A stretch of 63,294 bases of DNA, counting the filler, from Sphacelaria rigidula (Eukaryota), in the NCBI GenBank assembly GCA_964200075.2. It is 10 parts of 10 records of this genome, joined end to end, with 100 filler letters (N's around TTAATTAATTAA, not from the genome) between each part and the next. Parts side by side here need not be neighbours in the genome. Positions count along the whole stretch, not along the records: positions 31,700 to 37,938 come from CAXNAA020021303.1; positions 38,039 to 44,277 come from CAXNAA020021304.1; positions 44,378 to 50,616 come from CAXNAA020021305.1; 7 more parts are not named here. One strand, 5' to 3'. The notes beneath the pieces were generated by a model. That model did not search any database. It saw only the letters and a program-made list of their open reading frames with translations, and was not told the DNA's origin. The position numbers and the translations under genes are program-made. Positions 37,031-48,980 of this stretch are shown in pieces; positions within the stretch are counted from its first letter, which is position 1; every line of letters begins with the position of its first letter.

Positions 37031-39277
37031 GTTTGGACCAAAGTTCAAGTGGCCGGATCCACAGACACCTTACCACCGACAAGATCCGGACCATGTTCCA
37101 GCGAGGTAAATTGGTCAGGATCAGCGGGACTGACAGCAAAGACGCATGGCGGGTGATCCGCCGGTGGGTCAGATTTCTCACCAGAGAAGAGTGTGGACGG
37201 CATATTATTTCCAGGTGTGGCACATTTTGAGGGGCAATTAGCGATTTCGTAAATGATCGGTTTTGGTTGACAGGGATCGCCGTCCGAGGGGGATCCAGAT
37301 TGTGCGGGGCTGGAGTCGTCAATCGGAGAAGTAGTGACGTCAGCAATACTTTATTTAGTTTCTTCCGTGATGCTTGGTAAAGCCGTCAAGCTCAAAGCCG
37401 TCGCATTTTGGAGAGCTCGAGGTCGAGGATTTCCGCTCGAAAGAGGTGTACGTGATGATGCGCGCGCGTTCTTGGGGGCATGCTTACGGGGCTTTCTCTT
37501 TCGTCGTGACAAGGGTCGGGGAAGTTTCAAAACATTTTGGGATAAAACCACAACTGTGTCCAGTCGGGTGGATGGGGCCAGCTTCGGGGCATGACGGAGC
37601 GAAACTTGTGGGCTGCTTTCCGTAGGCAAGCTTGATTTGTGGGTCATAGCCGAAGGTATATTGAGGCGGTTGTTATTCGAACCGGGCGGCAGTAGGTCCG
37701 TGCGTGTTGAAAATTGCAGGGAAGGAGCTCGATCTAACTGACTGGGAATTACATGATCCGATGTGGTCAAGTTCAAATCAGCAACACTTGGGTCAGCTGA
37801 AAAATGCTTGCTACTACCTGTGCGTGCGGAGTCATCCTACGATAGGCGGGGGGGGGGGGGACTTTGGGCCATTTGTTGCTCGAAATTTTGAATCAGATCG
37901 TCGTTGAAAGCAGCAACGGCTGTTCCAACCACCTTGTTNNNNNNNNNNNNNNNNNNNNNNNNNNNNNNNNNNNNNNNNNNNNTTAATTAATTAANNNNNN
38001 NNNNNNNNNNNNNNNNNNNNNNNNNNNNNNNNNNNNNNACCCCCCACGTCTCTGGATCGTCGTCATTGCCGTGCTATTTGGGTTTCGTTGGTCTCCCGTC
38101 TAGATGATTACGCCTCATATTTTTGCTGTGCAGTCTGTAGTGTTTCGTGCCGCGGCTGCACGTGCGGTCCGCAGCATACTGGATCTTACAGGGTTGAACG
38201 TGCCGAGTGTACGCAGCATGCACTTGGATATCGCGCCATGACTACCCGCGAACGGCCTTGACTACCGTAGAGCCATTGCTCAGCAATGGCGGTCGCCTCA
38301 CCGTCGAAGTACTTGTCTACATCTACGTGCGTCGGGTACTCGTGGCCGCCGCTCGCGTGTTGCTCCATGACGTTTGATACCGGATGGAGGTGTGGAGCTA
38401 GTACGACGCTCAGGCAGTACTGAACAGACAGACGCAGTGTATCGAAGATGCTCAAACACCTACTTTTTGGTTATATAATCTATGGTTGATCTGGCATGCT
38501 CAAAATGAGTCATGAGGGTAGACAGCGAATGTGTCTACCAGGTGTCTACCTCTACCGTAATAAAGCTGCTAATTTTGACGACCGTGAATGGTCAGAATGA
38601 TCATCCCGCGTCTCTCGGGCCTCGTCCACAGCTCATGACTTTCCGCGGGAAACTTCCAAACACACATGGTTGACTCCGTGAGCTTCTCCGATGCTCGGCG
38701 GAGAGACACCCCCCCTCAAAAACCACCACCCCTCGAGCTCTGGAAAACCCCGGATGTCTTGGAACTGTCAGCCTGTGCAACTGTTCCGAGGCGACGCTCG
38801 TCGTCTAAGGGTTAATCCCGCTCCCAAGAGTCTCATCTGCTGTCACCAACGCCTCTTGCGAAAAGACAAGTTATTCTTCCGAATAACCGTGTAAGTACCA
38901 CCTCCGGAAATAGTAAACAGTAGTAGTGGTGTAGTGATCATTTGAGATAGAATATTTGGTTCGTGGGGGGCGTCTATTGAGCTACGATGACCAATGACTC
39001 TTCAGTAACTAGAAATGGAAAGAATGGCGAATAGATATATTTATATATATATAGGTTCACACAATCATTTTTGGGAGTGAGCGGCTTGTTGTAATTAGAC
39101 CTTAAAATAGGTTTCTCCATCGGCCGGGGCGATTTACTCCGTAATCGAAGGTGCGTATTTTTCTGACGCTTACTTCCTCATTTTCTTCATCTGCTTCCTC
39201 CATTTGCTGGCGCCCTCTTCCTCCTCATGCCGCTACTCTTTTACACGCTCGCCTAACCCCAACCCCCTCTGCCTCAC

Positions 39278-40864
39278 CTTGAGTTCCTTTTTGGCACCGC
39301 CATTGCGGGGATCGGCCTTGATGACAGCCATCAAGTCTGCTTTGGCCTCTTCCAAAGAACCAACGCGAGCCCTCGCCACCCCTCGCCGAAACAGGGCCTG
39401 CGGTTGCGCGTAAGCATCCACAACAAGCAAATCAGCCGCATTTCATTGGATCAGTTAGCCCCCTGAGGCGGACGATGTGGACGGCTGTCTCATTGTGTTT
39501 CGATGCATATGTCATGCCTTCACCCAGCAATGACTCTCTCAAGACGGCGAGTTGTTCTTCTCTTCGGCACAGTGCACGGCATCATGAAACCCGACACCAA
39601 CGACGAGTTAGTATCTTTCGACCGCGGGCATGAACAACAGGGACAGTGCGGTGAAAAAAATGTACCTTCAAGTTAGTAGGCTCCACTTCCAAAACCTTGG
39701 TAGAAGCGACCGCCGCCTCCGAATAGCGCTCTTCCTTGGTGCACGCCAGCGCCAGGTTGAGCCGGAGCGATACTAGCAAGGCCTTCACCTGCTCGTCGCT
39801 CGATAGCGAGGAGGCTATCTTGATTCCCCGCTCGTAGTGCTTCAGAGCACCCGCGCTATCTCCCTCCCCAATGCACTTGTTCCCTCGGTCCTTGTAGCTT
39901 ACCGCCTGAACACCATATACACAATAACTGGTAGTAATTATCACCACTGTCAGTATCGCCCCTAGAGTCATGACGTGCAAAAATCTCGGGCGAATCGGGT
40001 CGCGGTACAGAGGGGGTACAGTACCTGGACCTACGTGAGGTGCTGTGATGCACATAAAAGGTATTGGCACGACACGCATCGTTCAACACACTCTCTAGTA
40101 TGGGAGTGACGTTTCGATATGGAAGGTATTTGTTCAACAAAAGGCGTGTTTAACGCTTTGGAACCCCATTTTGTTTTTGTGAATTGGCATCATTTTCGGT
40201 CATTCTCAAGTCAAAATGATGCCGATTGACAAAAACAAAAACCGTCAACGGGTTTTCAAAGGGTTCAGGGAGTTATCCCGGTCTGGATCTTTCACGGAGG
40301 GCCTCCTACCGTGCGGCTTTCATGTGTGCTGCACAGCTACCGCGATCAGAAACGTAAAAACGCTTTCCGCCCTGCAACAGCTCTACACAAAGAGTCACAT
40401 GGAATGAAAGTTTCCACAGGGCAAGTAAAATTGGAGGAATCCGACAGAGTGAGCACCACAGGTGGTCAACGATCAAAGAGCCGAGCAATCCAAAACACTA
40501 TTACACCGATACGCCAGGGCGCCGCTTTTCCTAGTTTTTACGTGTGTAAGGGTTTTTTGCTTCACATCTCATTGTGATAGTGCGCCGCGCACGTGTTGGA
40601 GTGCTTCAGGCGCATCAAGAAGAGAGGCCTAACTGCCACCGCTGTCCATCACCTTGACAAGCTTGTCCTCGGCAGAAACCGAGGAAGATTTGCCTGCCGC
40701 GCCATCTGCCGCCTGATCTCCATCATCCGAGTCCGAGCTAGAATTGCCCAAGGGATCGGAGGAGTCCGCCACGGAGGTGGCTTCCGAGACACCTCCGTCC
40801 GCCGTGGGTGCCACGCCGCCTGGGGGCTTCGCCGCGGAATCTCCTGCGGCGGCTGGTGGTGGCT
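39278..40864 (-). CDS. TPR-domain protein (Hsp90/Hsp70 co-chaperone-type three-TPR clamp); partial, multi-exon
   Basis: Phase-consistent GT-AG exons 40864-40653, 39905-39666 and 39397-39278: ...EDKLVK|AVSYKDRGNK...HYERGI...LNLALACTK...KVLEVEPTNLK|ALFRRGVARA...ADPRNGGAKKELK. The K/N/N/K/R carboxylate-clamp residues are present. Confidence 0.88.
40152..40265. repeat. Intronic hairpin or tiny MITE
   Basis: Arms 40169-40196 and 40213-40240 are 26/28 complementary, with further outer pairing. Confidence 0.7.
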
Positions 40865-41804
40865 CTGGTTTAGCGTTGCACAAATAATGAAGATATAACA
40901 GGCAGAGAGACGAAGTCAGCGATGCAGAGGGATTGGCTGTCTTGATTAACCGTGCGGAGGCGGTCGATGTTGTTTCTTACTTCGTTACATGAACTCCAGA
41001 GTGTCCCTACGGAAAGGGTACACAAATATTTTTTGAGGTTCGAGTTGTTCGGAGCCCCAAACCTCATCCAAAAAACGACTTTTGGGATATGTGGACGCTA
41101 AGGATATCCTCAATGAAGTTGAAAACGGGAACGTCTTGATTCATATTCATGTGTAGCCCCTACCTTTAGGGGTCCCTCGACTGAGGTCCAAATGTGCAAC
41201 CCTCAAGGTAGCATGACTCTACACCGTATGCGACGGTTGGGTTTCTACCAGCAAGGAGATGGACTTGGCGAGGTACGGTGTAGCCACGGGTACGTCTCAG
41301 CCTTGCAAGAGTGATGCTATCCATTAATGTACTTGCAGTGGTGTTTTATGGCTCCTTCGTCCACCATCACTCTGGCGTACAACGTGGTCGAAAATAGGTA
41401 CTGCATATCGAATGCCTGCACGCACACAAGTGCGACGGACGTCGGTATGTACAGTCACTTGACAAAAACAGTCAGTGTACCTGCCCCCTCTCTCAATGGT
41501 CTTCTCCAGGCGTGCGCCCACGATCACCAGCATCCAGCAAAAGTGCGTTAGACACACTTCACAGTACAGTGTTGTACGGTAGGATCGATGAGCATAACTT
41601 TCATTACAAGTGGGGCTGTGCTGTATTACAAGTGAGGGTACTTCGATGCCTTGTGGTACATTACTCTCATATTTGCCGCAACTATGGGCTGTACCACATA
41701 CACGTTCACCTCGACACACGCAAACCATCATGTGCATGCGATCGTCAATGGGTATGCCATCGACGGCCTCATCTCTGCACGCACGATGCAACAGACGAAA
41801 CAAT

Positions 41805-42168
41805 AAACAGACAATTCTATAAAATGAGGCTCATCAATAAAATGAGGTTCAAGCCCAAAACAGTACTTTTTTGTCGGCCTAATGCCCCTCGATCGCGTAG
41901 ATACTTCTTTAGCGCATTTTACCGACTCTGAGCTTACAGCGCTATCCGAAACCGTAATTTCCCCTGATTTTTTTTTGGGGGGGTGATATCAGGGAGAACG
42001 GCGGTTTAGGTCAGCGCTGTAAGCTCACAGAGTCGGTAAAATGCGCTGAAGAAGTATCTACGCGATCGAGGGACATTAGGCCGACAAGAAAGTCATTTGG
42101 CACCAGCGCTGAAAATGTGGAGAAAGTACTGTTTTGGGCTTGAACCTCATTTTAGAGAATTGTCTGTT
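41805..42168. mobile_element. Foldback MITE (~360 bp, almost wholly palindromic)
   Basis: AACAGACAATTCTATAAAATGAGG / CCTCATTTTAGAGAATTGTCTGTT, plus inner arms GTCGGCCTAATG...AGCTTACAGCGCT / AGCGCTGTAAGCT...CATTAGGCCGAC. A related end is at 56885-56955. Confidence 0.85.
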
Positions 42169-42858
42169 AGTACCTGTAGGTGCATGCAAAATAAAATATC
42201 AGTGCCCTAGCATGACTGTAATCACCGGTTAAAGCAGCCCTGTTTGCAGCAAGCAGAGATGGGTACGCAAATGCCCACATGATTCACAGCACGGGCAGTA
42301 TATGCGAGTACTGCTTTTGATTGAACGAGAAAACCACGCCCGGTTTAAAATGATGATTGGTTCTTGACTTGACCATGATAATGGTGCGAGTGGATAGAGA
42401 GCAAATCATAGCTCTTCGTGATCTATCTGGACATGGCAAGAAGGCCGCAGCTTGTACAGTAGGCCGGCGAGTGTGGGCGCTTGCTTACATGATCATTATT
42501 ACCATGCATTGTGAACGGTACAGACGGTACAGTACAATACAGTCAAAACAGCATGGGACCTTGCAACTTCGCATGCTCTGGTATACGACGTAACCCTGCT
42601 GCATGAGAATACTGGGATAATCAATCTGAAGAGTCGGTTTTGAGCAAGGAAGCGCTGTGCCGAAAATGTTCAATATTCGCGGCATAATTACAAATTGACA
42701 CAAATTCATCCACAGCTTGCTATTATTTGACGAAACTAACCACATCACATCGGGTTGAAATTGTGTGTATGTGCAAGGTACGCACGTGTATGCGCTGGCT
42801 CTTCGCCCTTCCTCCGTAACCACGGTTGCGCTTCGTCTTTTCTGATACCATACTCTTC

Positions 42859-43436
42859 AAGGTTGTGTTCTGTAGTGTACGGGTAGGTTCTGTAGGCTAT
42901 GAGATTTCTTACAGAACCTACATAAATATCGGGTATCGGTATAAAAGTCTCACAGAGTTTACAGAACTATCGGGTACCAGTATAACAGTATTACATAAAT
43001 TACAAAACTTGTCGGGTAAGGTATGGGAGGCTTACAGAAAAATGGTATCAACAATTGGGTAACTCTTTTACGGCATGCCCACCCCTCGGGTACGGGTAAA
43101 TATTCTTTACAGTACTCACAAAACTGTCGGGTAAGGGTACGAGAGGTTTTGCGGAGCTCACAGGTACTGCCGGGTACGGTATGGAGATCGCACAGACAAC
43201 CGTGCCCGCAACCGGGTATCTCATCCAAAGCGTACCCGTGCCCCCGGTAACGGGTCCGGGAGGGTTACAGAACTCACAGAACTATCGGATACGAGTATGA
43301 AAGTCTTACAGAGTTTCCCGGACTGTCGGGTACCGGTATGGAAGTGATTCAGAAATCAAAGAACTGTCGGGTACGGTACATACCCGGAAAAATACCCCTG
43401 GTATACAGAAAACCGTACCTTACAGAACACAACCTC
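42859..43436. mobile_element. Non-autonomous DNA transposon (MULE-like) with internal tandem repeats
   Basis: TIR AGGTTGTGTTCTGTA / TACAGAACACAACCT. The 10-bp flanks CATACTCTTC (42849-42858) and CATATTTTTC (43437-43446) match 8/10. Repeated CAGAACTGTCGGGTACGG-like units inside. Confidence 0.75.
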
Positions 43437-44640
43437 CATATTTTTCTTCCCTCTTCTTCAAGTTGTCCGAGTAATGAGGCCTGTGATCCGCGGATGGCAA
43501 TGGAGGTTCCGCAACAGGAATGTCGTTGCTATGCACTACACAAATACATTCGACGTCACGGAAAGTATCACACATACAACTGGTGCATCCTGTGCGCATT
43601 TCGAGATACGACTGAGGGTGAGCGAGGAGCATCAGCGCGCCCGCGAACACTCACAAGGAGCCATGTCAGTGTCACCCTGTGGATCATGGTACATCTTCCC
43701 CTCCAAATCATGGTATGAGGATGCAGTAGATCAAAGCGCTACGAGTACGACAGGGTAACTTCTTGATGGCCCTTTCCATCATCAACAGCATGTAATGTAT
43801 CGCGGATCGTTTTGCTGTGCACATAAATAAAGGACGATGCCTCTTCCAATGCTGAACGGAGCAATGCTACGGTATTTTAGGGATGCACTTTTTGCGCAAA
43901 ATCGTGTCTGGTTCAGGGACTTTTAACGACTTTACATGGAGGAAAATATGGGTCGGGACATCCGTGTTCGCTAATTCACTCGGGGATATCCCTAGCACAT
44001 TGGACTAGTAATCCTGGCGTAATCTGACGTTTTTCAGAAGGCGTGTTTCGGCTGAGATAAAGGGTTCCTACCAATTCCAACCTCAGAAAATATTTGCGCA
44101 CCCCTACCGTACGAGCTGGGCCAGCCTAGAGGCGGATTGGAAGTTTGTTGCAGGAAAATGCGCCGGCCAATATTTAGAGTTGGAGCATCAAATTTGGTAT
44201 GGACAATGCATAGGGCATGAAAAAAATGAAAAGAAGCACCAGAAGTTTTTTTTTGGTGAGTTAGACCCACTTTTATGNNNNNNNNNNNNNNNNNNNNNNN
44301 NNNNNNNNNNNNNNNNNNNNNTTAATTAATTAANNNNNNNNNNNNNNNNNNNNNNNNNNNNNNNNNNNNNNNNNNNNTCTCGGAGCCATCTGAGAGTGCA
44401 CCAAAAACACCCTCCGAGACCCCATGTACCCTCCCCCCACCCCCCTCCGGCGGTCGTTTTTTTTTCCCACAGTATGTAACACTTAATAAATAGCCATTTT
44501 AGGGCGACTTGGGTGAGGTAGCGCCCATGACTGTTGGCCCTATCTGCCTACACAACATTGAACACAAATTGGCGGTGCAGATAGATGCGCTAAGCTCGAT
44601 TGAGCAAGCATTGCAGATCATTGTGGCCTTTGTTTGGTCT

Positions 44641-44732
44641 GTGACGGTTTAATTAAGGGACAACCAACTATACTACTAACCAGTCAGCGCTGACTGATCA
44701 GTAGTCTAGTTGATTGTCTGTCCAACCGTCAC
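44641..44732. repeat. ~90-nt palindrome; an extra arm copy at 44968-45000
   Basis: Centred on CAGTCAGCGCTGACTG; GTGACGGTT/AACCGTCAC and GACAACCAACTA/TAGTTGATTGTC pair. Confidence 0.7.
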
Positions 44733-45256
44733 AAAAGTTAGTCGCTGGTTCGATTTCCGTCGGACGCACTCTCTTTGAAGAAAAAAGAGGAGAGAAAACC
44801 TCTGATAATAAATTGGCCCCAAGGAGAGAAAACCTCTGTAAAAAATTGACCCAAAAGGAAAAGGGCGGGGTGTAGCCTGGTGGCTATGTTTGGAGTATAC
44901 TGCTAGGGACCCCAGTGCACACACTCTTGGAATGAGTGGGGGAGACGAGTAACTCTAGGATACGGCCAGTAGTCTAGTTGGTTGTCTCTTAAACCTTCAC
45001 CCGTCTTGTTCTTGTCGAGGACGTGCTATGTGCAATGTGTAGTGCCGAAACTCATGAATATAACTTGGCCTCGGCTCCGAAGGTATGCGAAGCATTAAAG
45101 CTTCATCAACACGAACCGCTATTCTTCATATACGCTTCACTTTTCATTCATTTATTTATTCATGTATGGGATTTAGGAACCCCCCCCCCCCCCACGAAAA
45201 CACTTATGATTGAAAAAATCGGCATGGGACCTCGCATATTTTTTTTGGGCACTCCT

Positions 45257-45530
45257 GAGCGATCTGGGATTTTTTCTCACACCATGCCCAACAGTGGGGA
45301 GCGACTATGTCGCGGGTACACAAAAACCGACTCAATTGTCGACGAGGGAAAGGGACTGCTGAACCTCTCTCGCGATAAAAAAGAAAAGGCGAGCACCGCA
45401 GAAGGAAGATGGAGTACTAAAAAAATATATACTCCTGTGTTTCCCTCCTCCTGTGTGACCCCAGCTAGTACGCCCACAAATACCGGAAGGTGTAGAGTGG
45501 CGTCCAGAAAGATGGGACGACAACACAACA
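45257..45530 (+). mobile_element. 5'-truncated copy of the tRNA(Arg)-derived SINE
   Basis: Colinear with the reverse complement of 4645-4930; ACAAC tail. Confidence 0.75.
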
Positions 45531-45781
45531 CATACATTCAGTGCGCGCCGCCATGCACATGCCATGCCCACCTCCCGCTTGACGTACGTACCTCTATACA
45601 ACACCGTATTATACCGTAGACAATACTAGTACTATAATACTTGCAGGTTAACTGACACTCACTTCTGATTCTTCAGTTTCATGCAGACGCTAATCGAATA
45701 GAGTAATAACATGATGCTTCATGAAATATATAGGGGGAACGTAACATCAAAGTATACCTCGGGTTTCGGTCACCTGAAAGC

Positions 45782-45828
<47 letters not shown>

Positions 45829-47497
45829 ACCCACGCCGCACTACTCCTCCATCACCGACCAGGCTGCCACCACACCAAACCCCCCCACACCCTCCACCAT
45901 CCNNNNNNNNNNAAAAAAATGGGGGGAAAATAAAAAAAAAGTAGCCCTCGGGTTTCGCCCCCCTAAAACCCCCCCCCCCCCCCCCCCCCCTCCCCCTCCC
46001 CCTCCCCCAAACACCTCGAATTTCGACTTTTGGGGTCTAAATGACTTGAAAATTGAAACACGGAACCTCTCACATAGTTACACCGCCGCACACGAGAAAA
46101 TATTAAGCAAATGTGACGACAAGCCTACTGCGAGCGTTTGGTGGGCCGTTGGGTTCGGGTGCTCGGGTTCACTGTACTGCCTGAGGTTCGCATCTGGATC
46201 AGAGATTTGATGAGGGCGGCGTCATGATGTTGCAGGCGGGGAATGCGGTGGCAGCGTGGATATACCTATGGATGACCTTTCAGCTCAGCTTTTACGAGTC
46301 GACGGATTTGTTGAGACGGGTAAGTTTCTTCGGCAGGGCAAGGTTTGCGAGGGGTATAGCACCCCCGAGTAATCGTTTTTCCGGATCGACTTATTCCAGA
46401 AATGCGATGATCTCTTCGTGTGTATATGTAATGGTTTCCCGGTGTCGGTAGTGCTGTAGACCTCGGAAGAAATGGACTTGGGAGTACCATCAGCCGGTGG
46501 TAGGGGTGGTATATACCGTCATTTTAGCGTTTGAATGTGCTGCGAGGGGAGACGGGTTGTCTGTCTCGTCACAGCTAGTGAAGTGCTGCTTTACAGAGAC
46601 TCACTGTACTGTCGTGCATCGTATGGTACGTTTCTCTGAGCGTTCACGGTTCATCCCCTGGCCTGTAGGCAGTAGTTGTTGGCCGACAGGACACCTCACA
46701 AAAATACACATTGCTCATGGTCTCATGGCATGTGTTTCATGTTCCGAACGACCCCACGAGATGTTCGATCCAGGCAAGGCTCGGTGTCGGTGCTGCGTCG
46801 CTGCTGCAGTGGCGCTCGCCTCTGCAGTTTACTCCCTTCCATATAGCAAATATCACAGTATATGGTCGTCAACTGGTGTTGCTTGGTATGCAGAGCTTAG
46901 TTGGTAAATCTGTCTTCCATTCTGATCACCTCGTACATATACGTCCTCCATGATCGCTGATTGAAAATGCTCATGTTTTGGTACCTTGGACGTACGAGGC
47001 TTTGAATGCGCATCTTTCTGACATGTGGAGCTACGGTCGTACTGTACACGGGAGTGCTGACTGCAGCTCCACAGCAATCGCCATTAGCATCACGATCGAC
47101 GCTCGCAAGCCAATGTGCCGAAAAAGATTGAAAAGGATTCCCGCCACCCCCCTCCTCCCCCATGTTGGTGCACGCAAATGCGGGGTTTAATATGATATAA
47201 TAACTGACATCTCAAATGGAGTAACGGAGATATCGAGATATCGACCTCGTCTGTGATTTCGTGACTATATTTGAATCTTCTATTCTGTGGAGCTCGTATT
47301 CTCCGCATGAATTTGAATGATGCGCACGGGGTGGGGGGGGGGGGGGAGGCGGAGGTTGTGTATCAACGGCATAATGAAATTGTGCATCGGGGTATCAGTA
47401 GTATCAAGACACTGTGATTTATGCGCTGCTGCGTATCCCCTTCCCTGCTAGCCTCCCTTCTCAACGTTAATTCGCCGACAGTCTCGTGGGTGAACAC

Positions 47498-47835
47498 GTG
47501 GGGGTGTAGTCATGATCTTGCGTGCCGTGATCCTAAGACCATTGACCTGGCATCCCTACAAAGCCGGGACGGAGCATGCTGGTTTTTCGCCGGATCAGGC
47601 CCCAATCACCGAGCGCGAAGCGCCGTGATGTGTTCGGCGAGTCGCATGAGGGGTGAGCCGCATCCTTGGATAGTTCGGCCCGGAGCGTACTTATTATCTT
47701 GGATATGGATGGGAGCCTGGAATGAGTTGCTTCATTTTCTGGTATCGGCAATTCCTGAGACATCCACGGCTTATACACTGCCTCGTGGGTGTCTCACCAT
47801 TATAACGCTACGTAGTACGATCATCCCCTTTGCGC
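47498..47835 (-). repeat. Gypsy 3'UTR/LTR-related repeat
   Basis: 47735-47800 matches 31700-31770; an inverted copy lies at 50333-50616. Confidence 0.65.
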
Positions 47836-48177
47836 CGAGTTGAGGTTCTTCCGCTCGGCACAATATGATATAGTTCGACGACCACCGTGGTTACCGCAAA
47901 AAGACGTCAGCGAAAAAATATGGTAACCTGGTTGCCCAGCTTACGCAGTGAGTGACGTGTTCTTTAGTGTCATCGCCAACCGACGCCAACCCGTGAAGGG
48001 AGTAAACACGGGGTTGAGGGCACCTGGGACAAGGCATGTTGGAGAACCCGCGGACTGCGGAACCGCTCAGAAAACAAGTGAGGTAATCTCATGAACTTTT
48101 CATAGTATTTTTTTTCCTGTACAGGTGTTCCAATCTGGGCACCCTCGCATCGAGGCTGTATTCGCCATTTCTTAACG

Positions 48178-48980
48178 TGCCGTCGAGCCCCGATTATTTA
48201 GTGGAACGACTCATAATCTTGGGTCGAAAAAATGTGGGTTCGATTCCCGCTAGGTGCGTGGAGCTGGGGGTTTCCCGCGATCTGAGTTCCCTCGTTAAAA
48301 TCAGGGATTTTCGCTGGTGAACGGGACAGGGAGTCCCGTTCTCACGCAGGGGTTGGGATGGGACGGGAACGTTTTCCCGTTGCGTCAGAAACGACGGGAT
48401 GGGACAGTCCCGTTGCCAAAAACTGATCGGACGGGACGGGTATTTTTTACAACTGGTCGGGGCGGGGAAGGAGGTTCCGTCCCGGGAGATCCCCGCTGTG
48501 TCTCGCCCTATCTGTTGCTGTAGTTGTTGGACTTACCGTCGCTTCAAAACCTATGGGACCCGGGCGGGACATGATCCCCTGTCTGGAAAACGACGGGACG
48601 AGAAAATTGTGAAAATACCGGGACGTTACGGGACGGAAAGTTCACCCCTGAAAAACGATGGAATGGCAAAGTCCGTCCGTCCCGTAGGTTTTCCTGTGTG
48701 ACTTTTTTCCGGTGAAAGCCCTGACTGAAAGCGTGAGGGCTTGAGTAGCGAAAAGGGGTTGTTTGACGTTTTGTTTTGACGAGAGTCGACGCGGGGAGGG
48801 ATTGCCGATCCAATCGGCGAGACCAAAGATGCAAGGCATGTACCGGGGGAGAGAGATAGAGATGGGTTGATTGATGCCTTGAGACCGCGGACTCATCCCG
48901 AAGAAGGGGAGAGGGTTGAAGTGTGGCAAGAACGCCGCGAGGCTACTCAAGCATAGAAGGGCAGGGCCTGCTTCTGCGTA
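48178..48980 (+). mobile_element. tRNA(Met-CAT)-derived SINE or tRNA pseudogene, split by a hAT-like MITE
   Basis: GACTCATAATC anticodon loop (48208-48218) and B box GGGTTCGATTCC (48236-48247); the D-arm is degenerate. The 3' boundary is approximate. Confidence 0.5.
48302..48723. mobile_element. hAT-like non-autonomous element with CAGGG...CCCTG termini
   Basis: CAGGGATTTTCGCTGG / CCGGTGAAAGCCCTG, with many internal ACGGGACGG motifs. The TSD is eroded. Confidence 0.65.

Larger units (their letters stand above)
31700..37938 (-). mobile_element. Degenerate Ty3/Gypsy LTR retrotransposon internal region (PR-RT-RH-IN-chromo-Tudor-like)
   Basis: Domain order PR (LLDSGS), RT (FDLASGF, RMPQG, YLDD), RNase H (ELEG, YTDH, NADLLS), IN (HLGV, C..C, SFDF, FTDRFSR, DNG..F, AYHP.GNG). 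Many frameshifts. Confidence 0.95.

Noticed and set aside
42900..43400. CRISPR-like repeat array
   Set aside because: The units are degenerate tandem repeats without unique spacers, lie inside TIRs, and there are no cas genes.
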